64,000 nucleotides of DNA from Spirosomataceae bacterium (GCA_041392315.1 JAWKMH010000006.1:262537-326536), one strand, 5' to 3'; shown: positions 1 to 11,921, counted from the first letter of the stretch. The notes: a model not told the origin generated them from the sequence alone. Numbers and translations: made by a program.

Positions 1-1211
1 ATTGGCCAGCTGCTACCGAGGAGTCGCCCTGGGGAACGGCCTATGCTACGCATTTTGTGATAGAAGCACAGCGGGCAGGTTTTGAAGTAAATCAAGGCAT
101 TTTGGGTAAAATGTTGGATTACTTGGTAACCTTTACCAGCACTCCCAAAACTGAATTGGCCTATGCTTACGACGAATCGGGCAGTTACAGCAGCACAACC
201 ATCGCCTCGCGTACCGCACTTTATGGCCTTTATGTGTTGGCTCTCAATGGCAAAGCCAACCGCGCTTCCATGAATTATTACAAACAGAACCAAACATTAC
301 TCTCTGAAGACACACGTTATCTGTTGGCTGCCACTTATAAGCAAATTGGCGACGAGCGCAGCTATAAGGCGTTATTGCCTAATAATTTTGCAGACCAATC
401 GGGCAGTAGAGGGCTGTCTGGCAGTTTTGCGAGTCCTATTCGCAATTTGGCATTGACGCTCAATACTCTCATCGAAACCGACCCCGACAATCTCCAAGTA
501 CCTACTTTGGCACGAAGGCTCTCGCAAGCACTCAATGCCTCGCCTTATCTAAACACCCAAGAAGCGGCTTTCTCGATGTTAGCTTTAGGTAAGTTGGCAA
601 AGAAAAATACTGCCTCAAACGTAACCGCTAAGATAACGATGAATGGCAAAAGGTTATCAGTTTGATGGGAAAGACTTGATTATCAATGCAAAAGCCCTAT
701 CCGAGGCACAGGCAGCCGCTGGCAAAGGATCACTCTACTGGTTTGCTCAAACAGAGGGTTTGAGTGCCACAAGGCGACCTACATCGAAGAAGATGTCGGC
801 CTGCGTGTGAGAAAGCAGTTTTTGAATCGTAATGGCCAACCTATTAGTAGCTTCCGTCAGAATGACTTAGTGGTAGTCAAAACTTCATTAAGCAGCACCG
901 ATGGCAAACTCCTGTAGAAAATGTAGTAGTAACAGACTTTGCTGCCCGCGGCTTTCGAAATCGAAAACCCACGCCTCACAGAGCCACGCGATATGCCGTG
1001 GATTAAAACCCCCACATCACCCGACCACCTCGACCTGCGCGACGACCGCATTAATTATTATACTACTGCCAACAATACCGAAAAGACGTTTTACTACATG
1101 GTGCGGGTCATTACCAAAGGTACTTTTACCCTCGGCCCAGTCAGTGCCGATGCCATGTATTCAGCAGATTTTCGTAGTTATTCGGGGGCGGGAAAAGTGA
1201 AGGTGGAATAG
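1..1211 (+). CDS. Bacterial alpha-2-macroglobulin family protein, C-terminal part (5' truncated, frameshifted in this sequence)
   Basis: Fragments 57..665 and 939..1211 carry A2M-like motifs (WGTAYATHF, YLNTQEAAF, LLPAAFEIEN, LDLRDDR, YYMVRVITKGTFTLGPVSADAMY); indels between 660 and 940. Confidence 0.85.
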
Positions 1212-1231
1212 AGCCGCAAGACTTTGGGTCT

Positions 1232-2699
1232 CTATTCCTCCCAACGCCAATCTTTCCCAATGATTAATTCTTTTTTTAGCCCTTGAGCAATGAGCAAATC
1301 GCGGGTTTTGTTGCTGTCAAGTTTTTTGGCAGGCACCATTGCTATTGGCCAAAGCATAAAGTAGCATGGCTGAGTAGCGCACCCCATTGACCATTTCATC
1401 GCGATTGATGAGATTGAAGTTATCGCAATCAGCATGATAACAACCATAAACATGAGGGGCAAGCTTGCCCGCAGGTGCACCAGTAGGAATACCTTCGAGC
1501 ATAAAAGGCTGATGGTCAGAGTGAAGACCCGCACGGCTATTAATTGTATTAGCAAAGCCTTCGTCTGCTCTTTCTCGATTTGCTCACCCACACTCTGAAA
1601 AAATGGAATCAGCTCTGTCGCGCCCTCCAATGTTCATCCCCTGCACATTATTGGTCATATCGAGGTTCATCATAAACCTCACTTTGTCTATCTGTCTTGC
1701 CTTGCTCAATTCTTTTACATATTGCCGAGAACCCAACAGCCCCTGTTCTTCACCCATAAAAAGCACAAAGTCAATAGTGCGTTTTGGTTTGATTTTCATA
1801 GCTTTAAATGTACGTGCAATATCCATGACAGTAAAAGAGCCAAGGCCGTTGTCGGAAGCACCTGTGGCCAAATCCCAAGAGTCTAAATGTCCGCCCATCA
1901 CAATACGATCGTCGGATTTGCCTTGTAAGGTAGCCACTACATTTCTCACTTTTACTTTTTTACTTACATTACTCATCTCCAACACAGCGTGCAAGTCGGT
2001 ATCTACTTTCATCCAATTTCTAACCTCTTCGCCACTTTCCTTTGAGATATTAACGGCAGGAATACCGATAAGCGCTCCCGTAACAGATGCTGTACCTGTC
2101 AATAAAACATTGCCTGCCACTTGGTTGATAGTAATGATGGCCGTTGCGCCATACCTGATGGCAAGGGCTGTTTTTTCGGAACGATGCAAGTTTTTTTGGC
2201 CAACCTTACCATTTATCAAACCTATGTTGGCAAGTACAACCTTTCCTTTAACTTGGTCTTTTAAGGCTTCAAAATCCTCTTCTAATCCATTCCCTACATC
2301 TATTATCGCTCCATTGACCCGTGCTCGTACAGGAGAATGTGCCAATGCAACTACAGGTACAGATCTAAAATTATCGCTTTTGTTGGGAACAATCTCCAAG
2401 GTGACAGTATCACGTAGCCACGCTTCTGTTTCAAATTGCTGAAACTTCACATCAGTATAGCCATATTTTTTAAGTAAATTATACGCATATTGTTCTGCTT
2501 TGGCACCATTAGGGCTGCCCGTTAAGCGATGACCAATGGTAGAGGTGACTTCGCCAAGTGTTTCGTAAGCGCGGCTATTTTTGACTACTTCTGTATTTAT
2601 CTTTTGGAAAATAGATATATATTCGCTATCATCACGAAAACTAACAAATAAAGACAGGCAAACAACTATTGAAAAAGTAAATAAAAATTTTCGATTCAT
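1232..2699 (-). CDS. M28 family metallopeptidase (carboxypeptidase Q-like, PA domain), signal peptide; frameshifted near 3' end
   Basis: Zn-ligand motifs GGHLDSWD, SDNGLG, GEEQGLLGS, NLDM, and downstream-frame MLEGIP...YH; ORFs 1584..2699, 1317..1502 and 1232..1630 join into one gene. Confidence 0.88.
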
Positions 2700-2785
2700 G
2701 AAGGGTATGGGTATGATAAGGTTCGTTAAGATACAAAATTATCTACTAAATGGTTTGTTTGTAGTACAAGAATTTATCTAACGGT

Positions 2786-4066
2786 TTATTTAGATTTAAG
2801 TATTGTTGTACCTATACTACAATTTAAACAGCGTTTTTTATGACAAAAACTATTGTAAAGTTCAATAGTTGCTTGGGTATCAAAAGCCGTTTTAGCCTCT
2901 AAGCCTAATGCCTTCCATTGGTCTGTAATATGATTTTTTTCGGCAGGAAGTTGTTCAAGCAATGCTACAGCTCTATCTAAAAAGTCTTGATTATTTTTTA
3001 CTTCCGAATAGGCTACTAACAGAGGTACGACCGAATTTGTAATGATATTTTCTGCCGACGCCTTTCCAAGCATTGGAACTTTCCCAATAGCCTCCTTTTG
3101 GAATTGGTAGTGTTTTTGCCAATAAGGCGATTGCGGCACACGCAGTTTTTTTACCAACGCCATCAATGATTCTGCACGAATAAACAAGGAGAACAAGCCT
3201 TGTTGTTTTTGTATTAAAGCGGCCAATTGTGCTAATCGGACTGTGGGAAAATTGGCTGGGCGCAGTCGCAAAAATCGCCATTCTCTTGGGCGTAGTTGCA
3301 GAGGATACAGTGAATATTTTGAGGCTAAAAAATCATACTCGCGCTTTAAGGTCGCCGTATATTCATCTGTTTTTTCTATTCCGTCCACAAAACTCGCCTG
3401 TCCCAACAGCATCGCTTCTATTTGAATGAGATTGTCGCAATGTTTTTGAAGTATTTTGAGGGGTAGCCCTGTTGACCGGAGCATAGGTTCGGCATTGATT
3501 TTAAAACCAAAATTTTGGGCCAAAACCTGATACGCCGTTTCCTCCCAATCATGGTGGTTGCGTTCAAGAAGCATTTTTACTGCTTCCGCCTTTTGTTGCA
3601 AACGTTGCATGAGGGCACGATCAAGCATGGCTCGTTTTTGGATGTCGGCCACAGCATTAAAATGACTTGCACAGGGTATGATTTCTTTGTTTTCCAGAAG
3701 CGTGTGATACTTAAAGAGCAACTCCTTGGATGTGCGTGTTTTCAGTTCCAACGTTGGCAAATGGGTACCATCAGGGCGCTGAATGTGCTCATCATTTTCC
3801 CACACTACATGAAGCACGACGCTATCGTAAGCATGATTATGCGTATGCAAATGGCGGTGCCAATCTGAACTTCTCAGGTGCATTTCAATTGTCCCTATCC
3901 ATTCAAGGCTATCTATCCATACATGACCATTAAAAAAATCAGGGCCTGCATCAGTATTGCGCTGCCCAACAGTCACAATTTGGAGTGATTCGCCTGTGGT
4001 GGTTTGTAGGTCAGTGCTATCAAAATACTGAAATTGCCACAGAAAATACAGAAAATCTTCGGACAT
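2786..4066 (-). CDS. DUF2851 family protein
   Basis: MSEDFLYFLWQFQ start, AGPDFFN, HxH, RLRPANFPTVRLAQL and C-terminal CxxKRCLNC match the conserved Bacteroidota family. Confidence 0.88.
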   Translation of the reverse strand: MSEDFLYFLWQFQYFDSTDLQTTTGESLQIVTVGQRNTDAGPDFFNGHVWIDSLEWIGTIEMHLRSSDWHRHLHTHNHAYDSVVLHVVWENDEHIQRPDGTHLPTLELKTRTSKELLFKYHTLLENKEIIPCASHFNAVADIQKRAMLDRALMQRLQQKAEAVKMLLERNHHDWEETAYQVLAQNFGFKINAEPMLRSTGLPLKILQKHCDNLIQIEAMLLGQASFVDGIEKTDEYTATLKREYDFLASKYSLYPLQLRPREWRFLRLRPANFPTVRLAQLAALIQKQQGLFSLFIRAESLMALVKKLRVPQSPYWQKHYQFQKEAIGKVPMLGKASAENIITNSVVPLLVAYSEVKNNQDFLDRAVALLEQLPAEKNHITDQWKALGLEAKTAFDTQATIELYNSFCHKKRCLNCSIGTTILKSK

Positions 4067-4144
4067 AACACCTTAGCAAAAATAAAAAGTCCTTAAAATT
4101 AGTTATATTGTTGGGTTTATTCACCACAAAGGTCACTGATATAT

Positions 4145-7100
4145 ATGAAACGGCTTTATCTATATATTTTCTTCATTGTTTTTATTGCAGGTACAGGAGC
4201 TAATCTAAAAGCGCAGGTTATCAAACTTTCTGACGAACCAGCTCAATTTATAGCAGATGTTCAAAAAATGATGGCTATGAGTGGTAACCCCAATTATGTA
4301 AAGGCAGCTAAAAACCTTGAAACATTGTGGTTAGATAGTCGTTTGACGCAAAACCACCAAAAAAGTATCATTGCTCTGAGCCGCCAAATGGTGGCCAAGG
4401 GCTATAAACCCAATACACCTCACTTTGAGCAATTTTTTAATGGAACCTATGCCTCTTTCAATGGTGCATATGCCAACCCCAATGAAGTAGATGGCTACCT
4501 CACTACTGCTACCCAAATGATTGAGAAATATGATGCTAAAAGTGCTTTAAAATATTTTGAAACAGCCCGAAGTTTATTTGAAAACCGCCTACTTTATACT
4601 TCTAACTTCAATCGTTTATTTGCCCTTGAGGGGTCTTTTAGTTTCCAATTTAAGGAAGCTGCTCCTGAGCAAGCAAAAACCGGTGAAGCTGCCAAAGCAA
4701 CTACGGCTAACGATGGCTGGGACAATGTAGTCGCCGACTCCACGGGTGCATTATCTGCCAGTTTTGTTTATGAGAAAAAACCACTTCCCAACATTTTAGG
4801 TGCAGTCATCGCGTTCAAACATGTCAATTTGGTGATAGTGACAGCCAATGACTCCGTCTCTCTTGCCCAGACCAGCGGCCAATTAGCCATCAAAGAGGGT
4901 GTCTGGGTTGGGACAGGTGGAAAGGTGACCTGGGAAACCATAGGCAATCCAGACATATTTGTCTCCCTGAGTGCTTATAGTTTTAATGTAGGGCTTCCTA
5001 AAATTACGGCAGATGATGCTAAACTTAACTATACTACCAAATTGACTCAACCTGTAGAGGGTGTTTTCGAGTATGAAAGCAAAAGGCGTAACAAAGGGCA
5101 ATTATCGCCCTATCCGCGCTTTATTTCTTACCGAAACGATGCCCAATTAAAGGGACTGAGTAAAAATATACAATACAAAGGCGGACTCTCACTCGTTGGT
5201 TTGAAGCTTACTGGCAGCTCATTGAGCCAAGAACCCGCTACTATTACCGTAAGTTATAAAAATAAAATTGCTTTTAAGTCCACCAGCCGTCGTTTTGAAC
5301 TTACCGACTCCCTCATCACGGCGCCTTTGGCTACTTTTACTACTTATTTGGGTACTGATTCACTTTATCATCCAGGTATCAGACTTTCTTACAGCGATAC
5401 AGACGGGCTACTTAAAACCCAGAGTGCCGACCGTACAGGCTACCAATATACGCCATACGCTGACTCCTACCACAAAATGTATATTGATGCCGAAATGTTG
5501 CGTTGGAGTTTTCCTAAAAACGAAATTGAGTTTTTGAGAATCGCAGGCAAAACAGAAGTACCTATTCGTTTTGAATCGTTTAACTTTTACAAACAAGAAC
5601 GCTTTCGAGCCATGAGCGAGCAGTATGGTTTTCACCCGCTATTGATGGCTGCCAATTATATCACCAAACAAAAAACACCCACTTTTGCCCCCGCAGACTT
5701 AGCAACGCTCTACAAACGCGATCTAAATGCGTTAAGTACGGCGTTTGCGCAATTAGATTATGATGGATACGTAACTATTGATTCTAAAAATGGGCTATAT
5801 AGGCTTACTGACAAAGGTATTTTGTATGTATTGGCCAACAACAAACAAGCTGATTTTGATAACTTTCGTGTCTCCTCGCTTTATGCTGCCAATACCACCA
5901 CTGCCAACGCCAGTATTGATCTCAAAGATAACGTAATGACCATCCGTGGGGTAGAAAAGTTTACCATTAGCGATTCATTAAAAATCTTTGCCACGCCTTC
6001 TGACAAACAAATCAAGGTAATGAAAAACCGTGATTTCTCCATGAATGGTTTGCTCACTTCAGCCAATTTTAGGTTTAATGGCCGTGATTTAATATTCAAT
6101 TATGATAAGTTTTTTGTGGACTTGACCAAAATTGACAACATCACTTTTATTCCAAAAGCAGCTTATGATAAGGGCAGCACTACCGAAGTAGGGGGTGATA
6201 TTGTCTATGAAAAATCAGGGCGTATATATCTCAACGACCCCACCAACAAATCTGGAGCGAAGAAAAATTCAGTATTTCCACGCCTCAATGTCCCTGAGGG
6301 TATGACGGTCTATTTTGACCAAGCAGACCGTGGAAATCTAACTTATGATCGAAAAGTATTCTTTAAAATTCCAACACTTGATTACGATAGCCTTGGAACT
6401 CAAGACATTGTTTTTATCGGCACCTTCAATTCTAACGGTATCATGCCTCCTTTTCAAGCAGAGCTCCGCTCCATGCCCGATAACTCACTTGGTTTCAAAT
6501 ACAAAGCTCCCGCTACGGGGTTTAAAGTATATGGAACCAATGCCACGGTAAAGTTTACAAAAGAACTAACAATGGACAAACAAGGGCTGCGCTCCGAAGG
6601 CGAGATTACCCATTTGAGTGCTCGTATCCCCACACAAGCTATGCTGTTTATGTCTGATTCACTCATTGCCAGTGGTGCAGAAGCCGAAATCAAAGAAGCG
6701 ACCATCGGAAAAGCTTATTTCCCCAAAGTGGAATTGAGAAATTTTACAATGCGATGGATGCCAAAAGCGGATAGTATGTCGTTGACTACAAAGGCAAATG
6801 CTTTTAATTTTTATAATGGTACTACAAAGCTGGATGGGCGTATTGTATTGCGTTCTTCAGGCTTATACGGCAAAGGGTTTTTACGCCGCGATGATTCCGA
6901 ATTGACCTCACAAGACATTAAATTCAACAAAGAAGGCTTTTTGGCAGGCGATGCCCAATATAAAATTATATCGGCTACCAATGCCACTCGCCCAGTGCTT
7001 TTAGGAAAAAATGTGGATGTTGATTTTAACTTAGTAAAAGGATTGGTAGGTATTTCAACCAACAAAACTTCGTTGGAAAATACCTCCATGGAGTTTCCCT

Positions 7101-9118
7101 TTACCGCCTACCGTACTTCTATTAATCGTGCACAATGGAACATCAACGCCAAGACCATTGCTATGAAAGGCGATGTGAGCACTTCAACTTTCACGGCAAC
7201 AGCCTCTGAACAGGAAGGATTAACCTTTAATGGGTCTTCTGCTTTATACGAAATAGAAAAGATGACGCTCAACATCGGAGGCGTACCTTTTATCAAAACA
7301 GCAGATGCTAAAGTAATTCCCGATAAAGGATTAGTAACTGTCCAACGCAACGGAGACTTACCGCTTTTTAAGAATGCAAGATTAATATTAGATACCCTCA
7401 ACGAATACCACCGCCTTAAAAATGGCAATATTCAGATTGTATCCAGAACAAAGTTTACAGGCGACGCTACCTATCTTTATGCTACTGTGACGAATGATAC
7501 GATCCCTGTCAAAATGGGTAATTTCAACTTGAGAGAAAGCAACCTCACTGCTTCAACAAGCAGCCGTTTGGTCCAATCCAAAACAAAATCGGCTTATACA
7601 GTAGCCCGTGCTGAAATCGTTGAGTTAGATAATTTTGTAGTAGGGCCACGTCTCCAATACAAAGGCTCAATGACTATGCTGGCTCCCGAACCTAACCTTC
7701 AGTTCGACGGCTATATCAAACCTATTATCAAACAACGTCGCGATTTAATGGCTTCTTGGATTCCATTCAAAGAGACCCCTACCAAGGACGTAGCACTGAA
7801 AGTTACGCCAACCCTTAAAAATGAGTCTGATTTACCGATTTCTGTAGGCTTACATTATCGTTCAGCTACCGCCGACGGTCTATATGCCACCTTCTTATCA
7901 CCTAAAGAAGGGCGCAACGACCAAGCTATTTTTGAGGTCAGTGGGTTACTACGTTTTGATGACAAAAAAAAGGTTTTCAGTATCGCACCCGAAGTCAAAA
8001 CCCCAGATGAGCTTGTTGACGAAGCAAATTCCTTTACTTTCAATGATGCCAAAGGAACGATTGATTACCAAGGGAAACTTAATTTTATCTATGAGCAAGA
8101 GGCCAAACCAGGGGAAGAATTATTTTTAGCAGCGGGGTCGGTCCGTACCAATCTAGACAGTAGCACTTATCAGTTTAATAGTTTGTTGTCCTTTAATTTC
8201 CCAGCCAATAAGGAAATTATTACCAAAGCTGCTGAAAATATTGTACAAACCAATTTGGATGAACAAAACAGTGATGCCGCCGAGCCTAATTTTGAAAGAT
8301 TAGGCAATAAACTTACCGCACTCATTGGCCGCAAAGCTACCGATGGTTACATTGCTCGCACAGCCGCAGCTTATAAACCTCTCTTTGATGCTTCACCTAA
8401 GTTTAATGCAACGCTCGTGTTATCAAATGTAAATTTGCGCTGGTCGCCTGTACAAAATGCGTTTTATAGTGTGGGGAAGATTGGCGTATCTAATTTGGGT
8501 AATACCGACATCAATGCCGAAATGGACGGAATGATTGAGATTAGAAAAAATACACGTGGCGACGAAATCAGTATTTACCTCGAATCTTCAGAAAGTGTGT
8601 GGTACTATTTTGATTGGCAACAGGGTAAACTGGCAATAGTATCATCAGAGCAAGAAACCAACGATTTGATAGCTGTAAAATCAAGAGACAAAAAAGAGTC
8701 AGCCATTTTATCCATTGGCTTTGAGGAGCGTGATTTGTTTATGGATAGATTCAATGCTATGTATCGACCCAAACCCAAAAAACCTGTCTTAGCCAAAGAT
8801 ACCAAAGCTCCAGCAAAAGGCACGCCAGTCAAAACACCCGCTGCAAGCCCAAGCAAAACAACCGCTAAAACAGCTCCCGTAGTAGCAGCTAAAGAAGTGG
8901 AGGAAGAAGAAATGACAGAGGAGGAAGATACCAAGGCAGCTGATAAAACAGCAAAAAATACGAAAACGACCAAAGACACCAAAATCGCGGTAAAGACCGA
9001 TGCTAAAAATGCAAAATCCGACACCTCCAAAACCAAACCTGGCGCGAAAGTAGCCCAAACACCCCCCAAAGCTCCTGTCAAGAAAAAAGCGAAAGAAGAA
9101 GAGAAAGAAGGGTTTTAG
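4145..9118 (+). CDS. Large exported hypothetical protein (1657 aa), beta-strand-rich, Lys/Ala/Thr-rich C-terminal tail
   Basis: Intact long ORF, Sec signal peptide (MKRLYLYIFF...LKA-Q), low-complexity charged tail; function not recognised. Confidence 0.8.
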   Translation: MKRLYLYIFFIVFIAGTGANLKAQVIKLSDEPAQFIADVQKMMAMSGNPNYVKAAKNLETLWLDSRLTQNHQKSIIALSRQMVAKGYKPNTPHFEQFFNGTYASFNGAYANPNEVDGYLTTATQMIEKYDAKSALKYFETARSLFENRLLYTSNFNRLFALEGSFSFQFKEAAPEQAKTGEAAKATTANDGWDNVVADSTGALSASFVYEKKPLPNILGAVIAFKHVNLVIVTANDSVSLAQTSGQLAIKEGVWVGTGGKVTWETIGNPDIFVSLSAYSFNVGLPKITADDAKLNYTTKLTQPVEGVFEYESKRRNKGQLSPYPRFISYRNDAQLKGLSKNIQYKGGLSLVGLKLTGSSLSQEPATITVSYKNKIAFKSTSRRFELTDSLITAPLATFTTYLGTDSLYHPGIRLSYSDTDGLLKTQSADRTGYQYTPYADSYHKMYIDAEMLRWSFPKNEIEFLRIAGKTEVPIRFESFNFYKQERFRAMSEQYGFHPLLMAANYITKQKTPTFAPADLATLYKRDLNALSTAFAQLDYDGYVTIDSKNGLYRLTDKGILYVLANNKQADFDNFRVSSLYAANTTTANASIDLKDNVMTIRGVEKFTISDSLKIFATPSDKQIKVMKNRDFSMNGLLTSANFRFNGRDLIFNYDKFFVDLTKIDNITFIPKAAYDKGSTTEVGGDIVYEKSGRIYLNDPTNKSGAKKNSVFPRLNVPEGMTVYFDQADRGNLTYDRKVFFKIPTLDYDSLGTQDIVFIGTFNSNGIMPPFQAELRSMPDNSLGFKYKAPATGFKVYGTNATVKFTKELTMDKQGLRSEGEITHLSARIPTQAMLFMSDSLIASGAEAEIKEATIGKAYFPKVELRNFTMRWMPKADSMSLTTKANAFNFYNGTTKLDGRIVLRSSGLYGKGFLRRDDSELTSQDIKFNKEGFLAGDAQYKIISATNATRPVLLGKNVDVDFNLVKGLVGISTNKTSLENTSMEFPFTAYRTSINRAQWNINAKTIAMKGDVSTSTFTATASEQEGLTFNGSSALYEIEKMTLNIGGVPFIKTADAKVIPDKGLVTVQRNGDLPLFKNARLILDTLNEYHRLKNGNIQIVSRTKFTGDATYLYATVTNDTIPVKMGNFNLRESNLTASTSSRLVQSKTKSAYTVARAEIVELDNFVVGPRLQYKGSMTMLAPEPNLQFDGYIKPIIKQRRDLMASWIPFKETPTKDVALKVTPTLKNESDLPISVGLHYRSATADGLYATFLSPKEGRNDQAIFEVSGLLRFDDKKKVFSIAPEVKTPDELVDEANSFTFNDAKGTIDYQGKLNFIYEQEAKPGEELFLAAGSVRTNLDSSTYQFNSLLSFNFPANKEIITKAAENIVQTNLDEQNSDAAEPNFERLGNKLTALIGRKATDGYIARTAAAYKPLFDASPKFNATLVLSNVNLRWSPVQNAFYSVGKIGVSNLGNTDINAEMDGMIEIRKNTRGDEISIYLESSESVWYYFDWQQGKLAIVSSEQETNDLIAVKSRDKKESAILSIGFEERDLFMDRFNAMYRPKPKKPVLAKDTKAPAKGTPVKTPAASPSKTTAKTAPVVAAKEVEEEEMTEEEDTKAADKTAKNTKTTKDTKIAVKTDAKNAKSDTSKTKPGAKVAQTPPKAPVKKKAKEEEKEGF

Positions 9119-9139
9119 ATGGTTTGGTATCAAAGATGT

Positions 9140-9210
9140 TTTGTTGTACCGACGGAAGGAGGCATCTGAAAACCGCGTCGATTAGATACCTCCTTCGTCG
9201 GTATGACAAA
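9140..9210. repeat. REP-like inverted repeat (GTCAT(T/A)CCGACGAAGGAGG(A/T)ATCT family) between convergent genes; possible bidirectional terminator
   Basis: Left arm tttgttgtaccgacggaaggaggcatct (9140-9167) pairs with right arm agatacctccttcgtcggtatgacaaa (9184-9210); related copies at 25298 and 26599. Confidence 0.75.
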
Positions 9211-9232
9211 GTGGGGTCAGTAAGAAAAGACT

Positions 9233-11562
9233 CTATCGCCGTTTTTTACGTTCTTTTGTTTTAGTAATTTTTCGAGTTGTGTTGGCAGACATTTTGCTTT
9301 TTGTGGTTTTCAAGGAAATAACCCTTTGATTATCTTTATCTTCAGCCAAAACTAAATCCATGCTTCGGCGCGAAATATTGGTTTCTTTGACTTTCACTTT
9401 GACAGCATCGCCAAAGGTATAAAACCGCTTGCTGCGCTGTCCCACGAGTCGATAGTTCTCTTTATCTAATTCGTAATGGTCGTCTTTGAGGTCGTTCATA
9501 CGTACCAAGCCCTCAGAGGCTGTCTCTGTGATTTCTACAAACATTCCAAACTCTGTTACACCTGTGATTATGCCCTCCCACACGCGGTCGGGATCCATGG
9601 AAGCCATAAACTCTACTTGTTTGTATTTGATACTGGCGCGTTCGGCGTTGGTGGCCAATATTTCTCGAGCCGATGAGTGCTTGCAAGCGGGTTCGTATTC
9701 GGTACGCTCTGGCGAGGGTTTGCCATCCAAATAATGTTGCAACAATCGGTGGGCCATCATGTCAGGATAACGACGAATGGGCGAGGTGAAATGTGAATAT
9801 CTTCTTCTAAACGCCAACCCAAAATGCCTACATCTTCGGTGCTGTATCGGGCTTTCGACATCGTTCTGATGGCCAGTTGTTCAAGGCGTTTTGCTCGGGT
9901 TTTCCTTCAACGCCTCCATGAGGTAATTGAGCGATTGAGCAGCCACTTTTTCATTTTCTATTTTCATTTGGTAGCCCAAACGTCCTGCAAAAGCTGCAAA
10001 AATGCGCAACTTCTCCATATCGGGCTGCTCATGGATACGATAAATCATCACATTGGGATGTGTCTTATTTTCAGATTGGTGGTAAATAAACTCAAGGCGC
10101 GCTTGTGTAGGCATAAACTCTTCTATCAGTTTATGAGCATCTTTACGGACTTTGGTATAAAGCCCCAAGGGTTTACCGTTTTCGTCAAGCCTAAACTTCA
10201 CTTCTGTTGTTTCAAAATTAATAGCTCCCTTGGCAAATCTTTCTGCCCGAAGTTTGTGCGCAAGTTCATTTAATAAAGTAAGTACACCGCTCATTTCTTG
10301 GGTGTCAGGATTTTCTGATGACCTCTTGCGCTTCTTCATAACTAAATCTCTTATCAGAATGAATGACCGTGCGCCCAAACCACTCGCTCACTATTTTAGC
10401 TTCAGCATTGAGTTCAAAAACCGCCGAGAAAGTTAGCTTATCTTCATTGGGGCGGAGAGAACAGAGGTTGTTAGAGAGTTTTCGGGTAGCATAGGCACAG
10501 TTCTATCCACCTCTAAATAGACTGATGTATGCGGGCGTAGGCTTCGTTCGAGTGCTGTTCCTGGACGTACATAGTGCGTTACATCGGCGATGTGTATTCC
10601 GATTTCATAATGACCATTATCGAGGGTTTTGACCGAAAGCGCGTCGTCAAAATCTTTGGCATCGACGGGATCAATGGTAAAAGTCAGTATGTCGCGCATA
10701 TCGCGGCGGCGTGCTATTTCCTCGGCGGTAATGTCAGTGGAAATGGCGTTAGCCTCGATTTCTATTTCTTCGGGAAATTTGTATGTAAGCCAAATTCGGC
10801 CAAAATGGCGTGCATTTCAGTTCGCGATGCGTGTAGATTTTTTCCCAATACGCCTCTACTACCTCGCCTTCCATGCGTCGGGAGCGTGTTGGAGTATTGT
10901 GTAAGATACCACTGGCAATGACTTTATCTCCTTCTTGGGCATTTTTTAAGTTTAGCTTCAGGTATAAACAACTCATCGTAAATACAGCGGTTGTCAATGG
11001 CTACGGTACCGTGGCCGGAGCCACCAGTTCAATCTCACCCACAAACTCCGTGCGACCACGCTCAATGATTTCTTCTGCCGCGCCCCTCACGGCGGCGGCC
11101 TGCCCGAAAATCGCTAAAAAGTGTAATTCGGACGGTGTCGCCATCTATAGCCCCTCGCAAATCGTCGGAGTCTATCCACACATCGGTATTTTCGGCTTTA
11201 TGGTTGGTTGGTGTATTGTCGACACCACAAAGGCATAGTTTTTATTGACATGCTCTACTTTACCGATGAGTACGTTGGCATTAGCACTGACATTGGCGAC
11301 ATACAAGCCCTCATCGGTGCGCTTTACACGGTTTTCTTCTACCAGTTCCTCCAAAATACCATTGAGTAGTTGGCGAAGTTTAGAATCTTCCGGCATCGAA
11401 ATGCTCGTAGAGTTGAGACAGACCAAACGCCCGTGGCTCATTTATCTCAAAAAAGGCAGCGATTTCTGATTTGAACTCATCCACAAACGTTACAATTTGT
11501 TTTTGCGGACGGCTTTTCTTGGTCTTTGGTTTGGCTGTGCGGGTGTTTTGTTCCTTCTTCAT
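9233..11562 (-). CDS. rnr: Ribonuclease R (many apparent frameshifts)
   Basis: FTIDPVDAKDFDDALS, IGIHIADVTHYV, AHKLIEEFM, YSHFTSPIRRYPD and a C-terminal S1 domain with basic tail, spread over several frames. Confidence 0.92.
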
Positions 11563-11677
11563 CCTATTTAATACTTCTACCCAAAGAAACCACTTTTTCG
11601 GTAAAATCATTGCATGAGGGTGATTTTTGGGAGATTGATGAAAAATGGGTTTTAAATCCTAATGGCTTGCTGTCCAC

Positions 11678-11715
11678 AAAAAAATCGAGCGAAGGGCATT
11701 CACTACGCTCGATTT
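11678..11715 (-). terminator. Rho-independent terminator downstream of the two peptide genes
   Basis: Stem aaatcgagcg / cgctcgattt running into a T-tract on the minus strand (A7 at 11678-11684 on plus). Confidence 0.65.
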
Positions 11716-11738
11716 AACTCGAAGTCCGTGAAGCGATA

Positions 11739-11865
11739 TTAGCAGTTTTTGGAAGCCGCTTTCTCGTAGTAAATTACTCCTCCTACAATCTGTTGTGTTT
11801 GCTTGGCTGAAAAGGCTTACGATTTTATCTGTCTTGAGATTGATTCTGTTGATTGTCTTTTTCAT
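11739..11865 (-). CDS. Double-glycine leader peptide precursor 2 (41 aa after removing one T from a CTTTTC run): MKKTINRINLKTDKIVSLSAKQTQQIVGG-VIYYEKAASKNC
   Basis: Leader is paralogous to the upstream precursor; a single-base correction restores SLS..Q.IVGG and a stop just before the terminator. Confidence 0.7.
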
Positions 11866-11921
11866 GACTTTGTGTTGTTAAAAAATGGTTGATTGGTTTT
11901 GACTTGTTAAATTGTTTTGTT

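Noticed and set aside
1603-2442. Long antisense ORFs (also 8605..9081, 28565..29143, 37094..37813)
   Set aside because: Shadow frames of well-supported genes on the opposite strand, with no independent motifs
11659-11865. 68-aa ORF as given in the ORF track
   Set aside because: It runs through a terminator and loses homology to the neighbouring precursor; the one-base-corrected 41-aa reading fits better
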